Virus record (IMG/VR): IMGVR_UViG_3300010352_001897 | Length of the DNA: 64,000 nt | Source: an uncultured virus (IMG/VR IMGVR_UViG_3300010352_001897) | Taxonomy: Duplodnaviria; Heunggongvirae; Uroviricota; Caudoviricetes | Strand: one strand, 5' to 3' | Shown here: positions 37,780-48,217 of the stretch, piece by piece | Layout of the letters: each line of letters begins with the position of its first letter | Numbering within the stretch: position 1 is the first letter of the stretch | Position numbers and translations under genes: made by a program | Notes under the pieces: generated by a model | Seen by the model: only the letters and a program-made list of their open reading frames with translations | Told to the model about the DNA's origin: nothing | Databases searched by the model: none

Positions 37780-39302
37780 TGTTATTTCCAACTCCAAATG
37801 TATATACTGACTACAGTACCTCATATGCTGATCTTAGTTCGGCATATGTAAAAATTTATGGTGAGGCTTCTAATAAACTATCCTCACTAACTCCATCATA
37901 TGTCCCATATGCTCAACACATCTTAAATTTTATAGACCAATGGTGCAAGGTAAATTCAGAATACAAATATGAATTAGTATGTACTAGAAGATCATGGCAT
38001 AGTCAAAAAAAAGTAACTACTATTAGTGACGACGAAAAGAATGGACTTAGCTGGTATTTGTACGGTAATGCAGTATCAATTAATGTTTATAAGGCAGTTC
38101 AAAATAAACTATTTGAAGGTGGAGAGGTTGGAGATTCATTACATGAAAGTTTGAATTTTAATGACGGAAGTGCTAAAAAGTTTATAGTAGATGCTCAAGA
38201 ATGGTTCATTAACAATCCAATTTCAATCAATGGTTCGTCTAGAATATTGAAGATTTTTGGACTATACCCTAGTCTATCTAAATGTATCAATGTGCCAGTT
38301 AGTACTTTGTTTTCAAAATACTTACACGATGAAGATGTAATATATTGGGGAGGTATTTTCTCATCAGGTGCTAATTTTTCACATTGGGAGTGGCACCCAG
38401 GATATATGCCAAATGAGATATGGAAGATCAGAGAAGATTTCTTAAATAATGCATTTTATGGGTTTGATTTTGATTCGTTATTGGATGAAGAAATTCAAGG
38501 TACTACTTTTATTAAGAAATTCCTGTCAGGAAACAAGGAAATAATTGAAGAAGACTTTCTATCACTAATTAAGCTAAAAATTAAGATAAATCTATCTAAG
38601 GAATATTCTATTCTTGATCTATTCAATTGGGCCAAGGATAATCCAAAGTCACTAAACCAGATGATAAATTTTTATAAAATATCTGGAGATTATAATAATC
38701 ACAATCTATTTCAAATTATTAATGTTACTGCATCTTCCGCTTCAATTTCATATGACGTTGAAGGTAATTTGGTACTGTCTGTCGGAGGTTTATTATCTGC
38801 CATCAATACTGACCAAGGCACTTCGTATTACGAATTTTATAATGAATTTGGAGAGAAAATACAGTTATCTTCAGATACAACTTACATACTACCTGTTGAC
38901 CATAAACTATTAGATATTGATTTTAATTTGACCGAATTAAATATTGATGAAGATTTTAAATCAGCATATTCAGACACAATGTCTGACGTTTCTATGGCAC
39001 AGGTCATTAAGAACATTGACGATACTGCCAATTTAAATCCAAATGTTAAGTTTGATATTAATGAACATGGAATGTTGGGTGACATTTCAATTATGCCTGA
39101 AAAACTTCTAACGCTAGAAGAGATGAAGAGTATGGCAATGAAACAGTATGTATTTGAAGAGATGATCACACCTCCTAATCAAGTAATTATTAGTTCAACA
39201 AAAAATCCTAGAATTATAGATCTGAATAAGTTGCTCGTTAACAAAAATGTTAAAATAAGCAATAAAGTGGATGAGATGATAAATCCTTCGGAACTTTCAT
39301 AA
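37779..39302 (+). CDS. Protein with degenerate peptidase M15-like domain
   Basis: CTRRSWHSQ...LSWYLYGNAVSI...WGGIF...SHWEW; Zn ligands of SxHxxGxAxD replaced. Confidence 0.5.
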   Translation: MLFPTPNVYTDYSTSYADLSSAYVKIYGEASNKLSSLTPSYVPYAQHILNFIDQWCKVNSEYKYELVCTRRSWHSQKKVTTISDDEKNGLSWYLYGNAVSINVYKAVQNKLFEGGEVGDSLHESLNFNDGSAKKFIVDAQEWFINNPISINGSSRILKIFGLYPSLSKCINVPVSTLFSKYLHDEDVIYWGGIFSSGANFSHWEWHPGYMPNEIWKIREDFLNNAFYGFDFDSLLDEEIQGTTFIKKFLSGNKEIIEEDFLSLIKLKIKINLSKEYSILDLFNWAKDNPKSLNQMINFYKISGDYNNHNLFQIINVTASSASISYDVEGNLVLSVGGLLSAINTDQGTSYYEFYNEFGEKIQLSSDTTYILPVDHKLLDIDFNLTELNIDEDFKSAYSDTMSDVSMAQVIKNIDDTANLNPNVKFDINEHGMLGDISIMPEKLLTLEEMKSMAMKQYVFEEMITPPNQVIISSTKNPRIIDLNKLLVNKNVKISNKVDEMINPSELS

Positions 39303-39311
39303 ATATTAATA

Positions 39312-40484
39312 ATGAATGAATATGTAATATATAGGGGCAAGGTATACATTTCAGAGGCAACTGCCAATAGAAATGCAAATACTGCAGTAGATACTTCAGC
39401 CTTAGCGAGTGCCCTAAATGCTAGAGCGTCAATGGCTAACCTACTTACCCAGTCACCTCCTACAATTGATATTACTGATAAGAAGAGTCAATTAAAGCTT
39501 GTAGGTGCCCAACTTGCCAAAATGGATCTTTGGAATCCTGTATTGGAATATTTCGCAAAAACCTTTATTGATAGTGATTCTAACGATGTATTAAGTGAAC
39601 TAAGTAATGTCCAAAAGACATTGCTTGACAAAATCAATAAATTGGGTATTAAGGTTGCAAATGAATATCGTGAACTTAGAGGCAAATACGTATCAGATGA
39701 ATATCGTACCAAAGATGATACTCAGTTTAGAAAAGTAACTACAATTTTTAAACATTACTTGTATTTCGTTGCATTGTACAATTTAGAATTCTTAGAATAT
39801 CTAGATATGAATGTTAAAAATGGAAAGATATTTACTAAGGAGTTTTCTGATAAACTCCCAACACTATACGATCCACCTAAGCCAATGTATATTGAAAGCG
39901 ACTACCTAAATCCTAAATCTAATTCTGAATTTAATAATAAAGTATTAGATCGTGCAGGATGGGATGCTGAATTGGATGAAAAAGCTAATGAAGTTTCGTC
40001 TGGATTTGCCAAGAGTGAGAAGTGGGATTTTGATAGATTAAAGGAATTGTATATTGTAGGATTGCCTGTTCAGGGAGTGACTAATAACAAAGGCGTTCCT
40101 GTATATATTGAAGTCGGTGACGAGAACCATTCTGATAGGAAACAAGACATTACTGAAATTAACAATCTTATTAACAATATACACAGAAACATTGTTGATA
40201 GCTTAATCAGGCTCAAGCCAAACTTGATCAGAAGCAGTATGAAGAACATTAGTAAAGAAACTGATTCAATTGATCTTGCAAAAAAAGAAATTGATAAAAA
40301 GACTAGTAAGGTGAAAGATCCATACCAGACGGTAGATGATTTGAATAAGATGAAATCTGCATTTGCAGGTACTGCTCAGACAAGTAAAGATAATGAAACT
40401 GTCAAAAACGCTACAGATTTTCAGCTTGAGAAAAACTCATTAACTAATAGGATTAAGCGTAGATTATCTGGAGGAAATAAATAA
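39312..40484 (+). CDS. Hypothetical protein, probable internal head protein
   Basis: N-terminus MNEYVIYRGKVYISE-A resembles the IYKG.(I/V)YE motif. Confidence 0.6.
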   Translation: MNEYVIYRGKVYISEATANRNANTAVDTSALASALNARASMANLLTQSPPTIDITDKKSQLKLVGAQLAKMDLWNPVLEYFAKTFIDSDSNDVLSELSNVQKTLLDKINKLGIKVANEYRELRGKYVSDEYRTKDDTQFRKVTTIFKHYLYFVALYNLEFLEYLDMNVKNGKIFTKEFSDKLPTLYDPPKPMYIESDYLNPKSNSEFNNKVLDRAGWDAELDEKANEVSSGFAKSEKWDFDRLKELYIVGLPVQGVTNNKGVPVYIEVGDENHSDRKQDITEINNLINNIHRNIVDSLIRLKPNLIRSSMKNISKETDSIDLAKKEIDKKTSKVKDPYQTVDDLNKMKSAFAGTAQTSKDNETVKNATDFQLEKNSLTNRIKRRLSGGNK

Positions 40485-40488
40485 AACC

Positions 40489-41229
40489 ATGGCTAATATC
40501 TATCAATTACGCGAAGCTGAAGGTGAGATTGAACTATTTGAACCTCAGAATGAAAACAAATTCATTAAGCACAATAAACAATACATTGAAGGTCTTGTCA
40601 ATGGATATGTTAAGACAATTGATAGATTAATTGAAGTTGCCAACATGTCCGAAACCTTAAGCACCAAGAGCAGGGCAAAGCTTTTAGCTCTAATGGTTGG
40701 ACTAGTGATTGATAAGGATGATGCGGCGGAAATCAAGAAGAATAGTAAAGTTGATTATTCTTCAAAGATAATTCCAAACATGACTGAAATCAATTATGTC
40801 AATGACATTCCTTTTGATCTTGATGTGATTGAGGCGGTATTTAAATATGTAACTCAGATCCTAAAAGATGAAGGTCAAGTTGAAGGTAGTGCCTTTGGTG
40901 ATTCCACAGGTGTTACTTTTGTAAACATTAAAGACTTGAATCAAGTATATAGTATTGAAACTATCGGATTCCCTACTAAGAAAGAGTTAGCTCAGGATCT
41001 ATCTGTCTTTAAGAAAAAGAATGATATGATCAGAAAGAGACTGTTTGATTTTGTTAATTCTGGTAAAGTTCCTGAAAAGAGAATTGAAATCAAAATTAGA
41101 AGAAATTTCAAGTTTAATCCTGAGGTTCAGAGCTACCAGCGTAGAAAGAAGCCAATTGCTAAGAAGGTATATGACCTACTTGCCAACCAGTTGCTTGTTG
41201 CTTATGAAGATCTATTCGAGTCAATCTAA
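40489..41229 (+). CDS. Hypothetical protein (head module)
   Basis: 246-aa ORF, TAAATA 5 nt upstream, LRE-A near N-terminus. Confidence 0.7.
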   Translation: MANIYQLREAEGEIELFEPQNENKFIKHNKQYIEGLVNGYVKTIDRLIEVANMSETLSTKSRAKLLALMVGLVIDKDDAAEIKKNSKVDYSSKIIPNMTEINYVNDIPFDLDVIEAVFKYVTQILKDEGQVEGSAFGDSTGVTFVNIKDLNQVYSIETIGFPTKKELAQDLSVFKKKNDMIRKRLFDFVNSGKVPEKRIEIKIRRNFKFNPEVQSYQRRKKPIAKKVYDLLANQLLVAYEDLFESI

Positions 41230-41271
41230 TCTTCAGTAGATCTTCGATTTTTTAGTTTTATAAATAATCGA

Positions 41272-43113
41272 ATGAGTATTAAAGACCCATCCTTTAGAAA
41301 AAATAGTTTTGCTTCGTCTGAAGACCTTTCAAATAATCCTAAAAAAGGCGAATTTGATAGATTTAGGAAGGTTGATACTGAAAAACAGGCCGAAGTTCTT
41401 AGGCATAAGGTAGGTCAATCTGAACGTGCCGTTCTTGCTCCAACTATTGGTATGCAGAGCGGAAACAGTATTGTATATGGTGGCACATATGATACGATGA
41501 GCCCTGAAGATAGACATCGTAAAATTGCAGATCGAATAGTAGAAGACAATTACATTAGAAACAAGCAACGCTTATTGTCGTATCGATCAATGGCTAAAAC
41601 CGCCGAAGTTGCGGAAATTCTCGAAAACGTTGCCAATGAAGCTATTATTGAAAATGATAAGGGTCAGATCGTATCTTTAAATGTCAAGGATAATTTCCCA
41701 GACATTGCTATTGGTGAAGTTACTAGAATCAAACTACAGCAAGACTTTAATCACTTAATACAAGAAATATTCAATTTCAACGAATATGCCAATACTTACT
41801 TTTACAAATTCCTTGTTGAAGGTGCAATATTTTGGGAAGTCTTGTACAATGAAGATAAGAATAAGATTATTGGAGTTAACCAATTACCTTCCTATAATAT
41901 GTTAACTATTGTGGACAAGGGTGAAGTTGTTGGATATCGTCAGATCATTGACTCTGAATACGGCGGAATGAATCTTAATACCAACAATATTATGCAGAAT
42001 GGTTCATATCGTTATATTGATTACCATGTAAACCAGATCCTAAAATGGGATTATGGTATGTGGGGAAATGGAATCAATGATAGATATTCTTATTTGGAAC
42101 CTGCTAGAAAGCTAGTGAATACTCTAGGAAATATGGAAGATGCATATTCCAAATATGTCATAATGAGAGGTCACGAAAAGAGAGTCTATTATATTGCAAC
42201 TGGAAAAATGACTCCTGCTAAAGCTGAAGAGCATGTGAAACGCCAAGAACAAGTATTAACTAGAAGAATGTTTTATAATGCCGAAGACGGTACAATTGTG
42301 GGCAATGAGAGGATACAGGCAATGTCTGAAGACTTTTATATTCCACTCCCTGACGGTAGCCAACCTTCAAGAATTGAAACTCTTCAGGCTGGTATGAATC
42401 TTAGTGAAGTAACTCCTCTTAATTACATTCGTGAAAAAATATATCAAGCACTAAAGTATCCAAGAAGTCGTTCTAGGTTAAATCAGCCAACTCCTTCAAC
42501 ATATTCTACAGGAAAGCCTGGAGAGATTGATAGAGAAGAAATTACTCTTACTAGATTTATTGAAAATATGCAGAATAAACTAGGTTCTGTATTGATTAAT
42601 CTTTTCATAATGTACCTTGAAACTAAGGGCGAGTATGGTGAAGAGCTTAAAAACCCTAAGCTTTACAATGTAGTATTTGAACAGTCAAACTTGTTCAAAT
42701 TATACAAAGAGGCTGAAATCACTTCACTAAGACTTGACATCTTATCAAAGGCCCAGCCTTTCATTACCGACCATACTGGAGGGCCTAATGATATATTTGC
42801 TCTTGAGATGGTATTGAAGGATTTCTGTAGATTAAGCGACGAATCTTACTTGAGAAATAAGGAATTGAAAGAAAAAGAACTTGTCCAATTCTTTAGAATG
42901 AAAGAGCGCAATGACGAGTTAAATCGACAGAATCAAGCTCTACAGACTCCTGAAGATAATCCTGACGGTGGGATGGGAGGAGGTTCTTTAGGTGACCTAG
43001 GTGGAATGCCACTAGGAGGCGGAGATATGGACCTAGGAGGGCCTACTGAAGCCCCTCCAGTAGAAGCTCCTACCCCAGGAGCAGAAGCCCCTACAGAACC
43101 CCCAAAAGTTTAA
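41272..43113 (+). CDS. gp20: Portal vertex protein
   Basis: YRSMA...NEAII, SYLEPARK, MEDAY...R..EKRVYYI.TGKM, EDFYIP, IETLQAGMNL, EIDREE. Confidence 0.95.
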   Translation: MSIKDPSFRKNSFASSEDLSNNPKKGEFDRFRKVDTEKQAEVLRHKVGQSERAVLAPTIGMQSGNSIVYGGTYDTMSPEDRHRKIADRIVEDNYIRNKQRLLSYRSMAKTAEVAEILENVANEAIIENDKGQIVSLNVKDNFPDIAIGEVTRIKLQQDFNHLIQEIFNFNEYANTYFYKFLVEGAIFWEVLYNEDKNKIIGVNQLPSYNMLTIVDKGEVVGYRQIIDSEYGGMNLNTNNIMQNGSYRYIDYHVNQILKWDYGMWGNGINDRYSYLEPARKLVNTLGNMEDAYSKYVIMRGHEKRVYYIATGKMTPAKAEEHVKRQEQVLTRRMFYNAEDGTIVGNERIQAMSEDFYIPLPDGSQPSRIETLQAGMNLSEVTPLNYIREKIYQALKYPRSRSRLNQPTPSTYSTGKPGEIDREEITLTRFIENMQNKLGSVLINLFIMYLETKGEYGEELKNPKLYNVVFEQSNLFKLYKEAEITSLRLDILSKAQPFITDHTGGPNDIFALEMVLKDFCRLSDESYLRNKELKEKELVQFFRMKERNDELNRQNQALQTPEDNPDGGMGGGSLGDLGGMPLGGGDMDLGGPTEAPPVEAPTPGAEAPTEPPKV

Positions 43114-43134
43114 AAATAAAATAAATAATTAGTA

Positions 43135-43299
43135 ATGCAATCAAATATTGAAAAAGTAAAAGAAAAAGTACTATTAGAGTCTTTAGTCAATAAAGACTTT
43201 GATAGTTTTTCCAACATTTTTAATGATATTATTAATGAACAATACGAAACAATTGTTCAAAATATGGTTAATAGCCAGATGGGGATTTCAAATGTCTAA
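43135..43299 (+). CDS. Small prohead core protein (gp67-like; absent from ORF track)
   Basis: MQSNIEKVKEKVLLESLVNKDFDSFSNIFNDIINE...; between portal and protease; TAAATA at 43122-43127. Confidence 0.6.
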   Translation: MQSNIEKVKEKVLLESLVNKDFDSFSNIFNDIINEQYETIVQNMVNSQMGISNV

Positions 43300-44020
43300 A
43301 CTAAAGCTACAGGAATATTCTAAAGAGGTTTCAACACTAAGTCCAATGTATGAAAGCATTGGATTAGATTCTCCTGGTACTCCTGGTAAGAGACTAAAAC
43401 TTGAAGGAGTTGCTATTGTTTGTGACACTCCAGGTATCAATGGTAGAACTTATACTAGTAGATTAATGAGCAGAGAGTGTACAAAATATACAAATAATTA
43501 CATTAAAACTGCAAATTCCCTTGGAGAATTAAATCACCCTCCAGTAGATGAAGAGGGCAATTCAATCCTATTACCAGTTACTGAAATAAATCTTGAGAAG
43601 GTTTGTCATATTATTGAAAAATTAGAAATGCGCGGAAATAAGATGTATATCAAGTCGAGAGTTATAGAAAAACACCCATGTGGTGCTATAATTAAGGTCT
43701 TGGTGGATGACAATATTCCAGTAGGTAATTCTTTGCGAGGTCTTGGTTCGGTGTATCGCGAAGGTGGTCATACCTACGTTGCAGATGACTATGAACTAAT
43801 AACTGTTGATATTGTTGGCCGTCCATCATATGGAAACAATGCAATGTTACATTCATTAACTGAAGCAATCAATAGTCACAAAATTCCACTATTGACTGAA
43901 GCAGTAGAGATTGCAGTTAAAGAGTTTAGAAGTGAAATTGATACTGCATATTCAAATCACACTTTTAAGCCTACTGCATATTATAGCCTTAATAAGTTGT
44001 TAGAGAATATAGGGAAGTAA
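43292..44020 (+). CDS. gp21: Prohead core protease
   Basis: NGRTY, SLGELNHP, INLEKVCHII, GNSLRGLGS, LITVDIVGRPS; likely start MSKLKLQE. Confidence 0.93.
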   Translation: MSKLKLQEYSKEVSTLSPMYESIGLDSPGTPGKRLKLEGVAIVCDTPGINGRTYTSRLMSRECTKYTNNYIKTANSLGELNHPPVDEEGNSILLPVTEINLEKVCHIIEKLEMRGNKMYIKSRVIEKHPCGAIIKVLVDDNIPVGNSLRGLGSVYREGGHTYVADDYELITVDIVGRPSYGNNAMLHSLTEAINSHKIPLLTEAVEIAVKEFRSEIDTAYSNHTFKPTAYYSLNKLLENIGK

Positions 44021-44021
44021 T

Positions 44022-44792
44022 ATGAAAATAACGCCTGAGATCCAAAGCATAATTGATTCTGAAGTTTCTAAGATAGAGACTGTTTTGGAGGCTAAGTATA
44101 GAGAGCATTTCGTTGGACTAAAAAGCGAAATGTATTCTACTCTGAAAGACTATGCAAATGAGGCGTTATCAAAAAACATAAAACTAGAATCAATAGATAA
44201 TACCTGTGAGACTAAGATATACAAACCAATTGTGGAAGGGATTCTTTCACTCTTCAAATCAAATGGAATAAAAGTTAATTTAAATGAATCTATCAATGTC
44301 GATAGTTCAGAGTCTGACCTAAATGAAGCTAGGATGTTACTGATGGAAGCCACTCGAAAAATTCAGGAGATGAGAGATATGATTAAGATACATGAAATAA
44401 TTCAAAGTTCATTGACAGGACTTAAGCCTGAAATTGTTGAGCAGGCATTAGCTCGTTTTCAGAATGATCCAAAATATAATCAAATGGCTAAGGAAGATAT
44501 TTTAAAAGATGTGGCTAAGTATGTTATTAGTCTTAATGGGACTCAGAAGAGAACTCAATTAGAATCAGAAGGAATTGATACTTCTGAACTTGATAGTATT
44601 AATACTATGCTAGAATCAAAGACTGAATCAGGAGATCCTTTCACTTCACCTTTTAAGCCAGCAAACACTTTTAAGGTTTCTACACTAAAAAGAACTGTGC
44701 TAGATGAAGCCTATGGCATTAGAAATACTCAAAATACAAAAAAAGTCTCAGACGACCCTGCACAGGAAGTCTTAGATATACTAGGAATGTAA
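44022..44792 (+). CDS. gp22: Prohead core scaffold protein
   Basis: Between protease and major capsid protein; helical, with many LE-S / NE-S / DE-A sites. Confidence 0.75.
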   Translation: MKITPEIQSIIDSEVSKIETVLEAKYREHFVGLKSEMYSTLKDYANEALSKNIKLESIDNTCETKIYKPIVEGILSLFKSNGIKVNLNESINVDSSESDLNEARMLLMEATRKIQEMRDMIKIHEIIQSSLTGLKPEIVEQALARFQNDPKYNQMAKEDILKDVAKYVISLNGTQKRTQLESEGIDTSELDSINTMLESKTESGDPFTSPFKPANTFKVSTLKRTVLDEAYGIRNTQNTKKVSDDPAQEVLDILGM

Positions 44793-44890
44793 TCCTATAC
44801 ACATTTTTGAGTAATTTTTAGTTTTCGTTTTAGCGTACTTCTAAATAAAGACAGGATTTAAATAATCCATAACTAAAAGGAGTCGCTAAA

Positions 44891-46159
44891 ATGAAACCAC
44901 AGCTAAACCAGTCCCTAATCAAGAAGTGGGGCGCGGTTCTTGAATCCAATATTGGAAAGCCAATCAAGAGCCAGAGTGAGGCGCACGTTGTTGCGTCTAT
45001 GTTAGAAAACCAGTACAAGCTCAACAAGGGTTACCTTGGTGAATCTGCTAACTTGACCTCTGATATGGCAACATATCAGAACTACGCTCTACCATTGGTT
45101 AGACGTATGTTCCCTGAGTTGCTTGCTATGAACGTTACTAGCGTTCAGCCAATGACCCAGCCATACGGACTTGCATTCTCACTTCGTTTCCGTTACGACG
45201 ACTGTGGAGTTAACTCCTTCTCAGATCCAGAAATGGGATATAACTATGTGCGTCCTCAGTTCACTGGTACTGGTACTTCTGGCAATCCTTCCGGCTGGAA
45301 CACTGCCGACGGTGAATTGCTATCCAACTACATGGAAAACTGTGCAGGTGGATTGGTAACCCCAGCTAACCAGATCGCAAGAGGGAAGCTTACCATTGAG
45401 CAGGCTTCTATTCAGGCTAAGACCCGTAAGATCAAGACTTCTTACACCCTTGAAATGCAACAGGATCTAGCATCCGTGCATGGACAGGATGTTGAGCAGT
45501 TGATGATGGAAGCTCTTCAGTATGAACTCCAGCAGGAGCTTGACCGTGAACTTCTTGGCCGTATGCAGATTGCCGCCGCAAACCCAGCATTGGGTGGCGC
45601 ACCAGCTTACACCATTGACGTTACTCCAAACCTAACTCCAGGTGTATCTGGAACCACTGTCACTTCTGACGGTAGATTCTCCCAGGAGAAGTTCGCAACC
45701 ATCGCTAACGCCATCGTTGCCGCCGCTCAAAAGATCCGTATCACCACTCGTCAGGGTCAGGGTAACTTCGTTATCTGTAGCCCAGGTGTAGTCGCCGCTC
45801 TCCAGTCCTTGAACAACGGTATCTTTACTCGTAACGATACTTCTGTGAACGGATCTCAGATGGGTGTTAAGGTCGGTACTCTTCTTGGAAGCCAGATTGA
45901 CGTTTACGTTGACACCTTCGCAACCCAGGAATACGCTCTCGTAGGATTCAAGGGTGAGAAGATTGGTCAGGCCGGTATCATGTACATGCCTTACGTTCCA
46001 TTGGTTGTTCAGAAGACTATGGGCGCAGAAGATGCATCCCCAAGGATCATCCTAAGCACTCGTTATGCAATTCTCGACAACTTGTTCGGATCTGGCTTGT
46101 TCTACCGTCAGTTGAACTTCGTCGGTCTAAACGCATACTTCCCAGGTCTTGGGTTCTAA
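44891..46159 (+). CDS. gp23: Major capsid protein
   Basis: LIKKW..VLE, LENQ, LPLVRRMFP, VQPMTQPYGLAF, AKTRKIK..YTLEMQQDL..VHG, YMPYVPL, TRY. Confidence 0.97.
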   Translation: MKPQLNQSLIKKWGAVLESNIGKPIKSQSEAHVVASMLENQYKLNKGYLGESANLTSDMATYQNYALPLVRRMFPELLAMNVTSVQPMTQPYGLAFSLRFRYDDCGVNSFSDPEMGYNYVRPQFTGTGTSGNPSGWNTADGELLSNYMENCAGGLVTPANQIARGKLTIEQASIQAKTRKIKTSYTLEMQQDLASVHGQDVEQLMMEALQYELQQELDRELLGRMQIAAANPALGGAPAYTIDVTPNLTPGVSGTTVTSDGRFSQEKFATIANAIVAAAQKIRITTRQGQGNFVICSPGVVAALQSLNNGIFTRNDTSVNGSQMGVKVGTLLGSQIDVYVDTFATQEYALVGFKGEKIGQAGIMYMPYVPLVVQKTMGAEDASPRIILSTRYAILDNLFGSGLFYRQLNFVGLNAYFPGLGF

Positions 46160-46164
46160 AAATT

Positions 46165-46233
46165 AGGCGAACAATGTTCGCCTTTTTGAAGAAAATCTCT
46201 CAAAGGGCCAGCGTAAGCTGGTCCTTTTTTTTT
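46165..46233 (+). terminator. Tandem Rho-independent terminators after the major capsid gene
   Basis: AGGCGAACA-A-TGTTCGCCT-TTTT (46165-46187) and AAAGGGCCAGC-GTAA-GCTGGTCCTTTTTTTTT (46202-46233). Confidence 0.88.
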
Positions 46234-46258
46234 ATATTAAAAAAAACAGGAGGTGCTT

Positions 46259-46615
46259 ATGATAAACTTTAATAGCCTCAGCAGTGTCGAAACCTACCTC
46301 ATAAAGAGTCGTTCAATTCTGGAAGAGGATGTAACCGATTCCCTAATTGAATACTATATTGAAGGATATCGAGATTCAATGAATGGCAATCTAGTGAACG
46401 AACACTGTTCTAAGGTCGATCTTATTACTTCTCTGGAAGAGTTCGCCTATGTAATTGGATATAAAGTAGGCACCCTTGATTATAAGATTGGACATTGCAA
46501 TGATTGTAATGCCAGTTTTTCCGAAGGACATAAAAAAGCCATCAAAATTACTCTGATGGCTTTTTACCTTGACGAATCTGTAAGTGAACTTAATAGTTGG
46601 CTAATGATCGTATAA
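46259..46615 (+). CDS. Hypothetical protein
   Basis: AGGAGG SD before ATG 46259. Confidence 0.65.
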   Translation: MINFNSLSSVETYLIKSRSILEEDVTDSLIEYYIEGYRDSMNGNLVNEHCSKVDLITSLEEFAYVIGYKVGTLDYKIGHCNDCNASFSEGHKKAIKITLMAFYLDESVSELNSWLMIV

Positions 46616-47366
46616 CTGCTTCAAAAAGAACAGCTTCATGGAGTTTACTCTTAGGAAGCCCTCTTTCTTGATAAAAATTATATAGTCCAGAGATGTTTCC
46701 AGTTTCCTTAGTTGGGACATGTCTTTTGAATCTATCATGCTCAATTGCACCTTTTAGCATGTCGTCTGCACTTGGCTCCTTTTCAGGAGTTCCCAATTCC
46801 TCGGCACCATATACTAACTTTTCAGATATTTTCTTCAATACTGGAATTAGTCCTTCAGGTCCAAGTAGCTGATCAACATGCTTGCTCTGTCCTTGTAAAG
46901 TATTATGGTCCTTAATGGCCTCTAGGGAGGTCCTTAGTGCGTTCAATTCCTTGTTGTACGCAACTACTGGACTTATCTCTTTATAGTCCTGTAGGATATA
47001 CTGGAACCAGTATTTCACAAGGGATTTCAACCTATCTCCGCCAACAACCTCTTTAGAGAGGAGATTGATGGCCTTTTCTAGTGCAGGTGCGTTGGATACC
47101 AATCCACCAAGTGCTTTAGTCTTATTTTGTATGGCTAGTAAGTCAGAAATTCTTAGATTGTTTGCGGCACTGTTCTTGAAAAAGAACATGACTTCATCGA
47201 TCATTGAATTTAGTTTTTCTTTAATACCTTCAGTTAGAACATATTCTGAACTGATAGCTTCAAAGAATACTTTCTTATACTTGTCCATGGGTGGAGGGGT
47301 TCCAACTCTATGGTTTGAACTTTCAAATAGTAATTTATCAAACTTGGATTTGCTATAGTATTTCAT
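46590..47366 (-). CDS. Hypothetical protein, probable processed head protein
   Basis: AAGGAG SD; repeated LFE-S, FFE-A, LTE-G, LHE-A, LFE-A motifs. Confidence 0.65.
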   Translation of the reverse strand: MKYYSKSKFDKLLFESSNHRVGTPPPMDKYKKVFFEAISSEYVLTEGIKEKLNSMIDEVMFFFKNSAANNLRISDLLAIQNKTKALGGLVSNAPALEKAINLLSKEVVGGDRLKSLVKYWFQYILQDYKEISPVVAYNKELNALRTSLEAIKDHNTLQGQSKHVDQLLGPEGLIPVLKKISEKLVYGAEELGTPEKEPSADDMLKGAIEHDRFKRHVPTKETGNISGLYNFYQERGLPKSKLHEAVLFEAVIRSLANY

Positions 47367-47377
47367 GAGTACTCCTT

Positions 47378-47405
47378 CAAATATTTATTTGGAATAAATA
47401 TTTTG
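47378..47405. promoter_or_regulatory. Back-to-back late promoters in a palindrome
   Basis: CAAATATTTATTTGGAATAAATATTTTG between divergent genes. Confidence 0.7.
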
Positions 47406-47414
47406 GAGGTTAAA

Positions 47415-48176
47415 ATGTTCCTAACTAGAAGTCAAATTGCTGAAAGTATCTTGTATAAGCTAGCATATCCCGTAATAAATGTCGATCTAAAATTACTGGG
47501 AGATGCCCAATCTCCTAGAAACCACCTAGATGAAGCAATTAATCAGACATTAGATTTCTTTTTCAGACATAATGTAAATGAATCTTCATATATGGCCTGG
47601 ATTACATTTGAAGCAACTCCTGGACAGTCAATTTATAAGATGCCTTATTGGGTTGAGGAAGTGGTCGAAGTATACTCATCTTTTAATGGACTACTGGCCA
47701 ATCCTTTTATGATGTTAGATGTTAATTCTATGGAATCATTTGTGAGCTTAAATGTAAATTATAGTGATTGGAATTTGGTAGGATATACTGCCGCTAGGAT
47801 GAATCTTGGAGAAATTAATAAATCCGTAGGTGCCCAATATTACGCTAAATTAGTTTTCAATGAAAAAGGTGAAAAAGAATTACATCTATCACCTCCCCCA
47901 AGATATGATGGAACCTCAGGTTCTAGATTCTTAGTCGGTAGGGTATATAGAAGAGCACCTCTAGGGCAGGTATTTGGACACCCTTTGTTTGTAGAAATTG
48001 CGGCGGCTAGATTAATGGAAGTTTGGGGAATGTCATTGAATTTATTTAACGGAAATTTGCCTGGAGGTGGCTCTGTAAATGGTCAGTGGATATATGACCA
48101 AGGAGTATCTAGACGAGAAAAATATGAAACAATGTTATTGGGAGAAAGTGCTCCGGCTATGATGAGTTATGGCTAA
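47415..48176 (+). CDS. gp13: Neck protein / head-tail adaptor
   Basis: ILYKLAYPVINVDL...HLDEAI, WGMSLNLF.GNLPGGGSVNGQWIYDQG. Confidence 0.88.
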   Translation: MFLTRSQIAESILYKLAYPVINVDLKLLGDAQSPRNHLDEAINQTLDFFFRHNVNESSYMAWITFEATPGQSIYKMPYWVEEVVEVYSSFNGLLANPFMMLDVNSMESFVSLNVNYSDWNLVGYTAARMNLGEINKSVGAQYYAKLVFNEKGEKELHLSPPPRYDGTSGSRFLVGRVYRRAPLGQVFGHPLFVEIAAARLMEVWGMSLNLFNGNLPGGGSVNGQWIYDQGVSRREKYETMLLGESAPAMMSYG

Positions 48177-48217
48177 TATTCCAACGTATAAATAAATAAA
48201 GGTAAAGGAATATTGAG

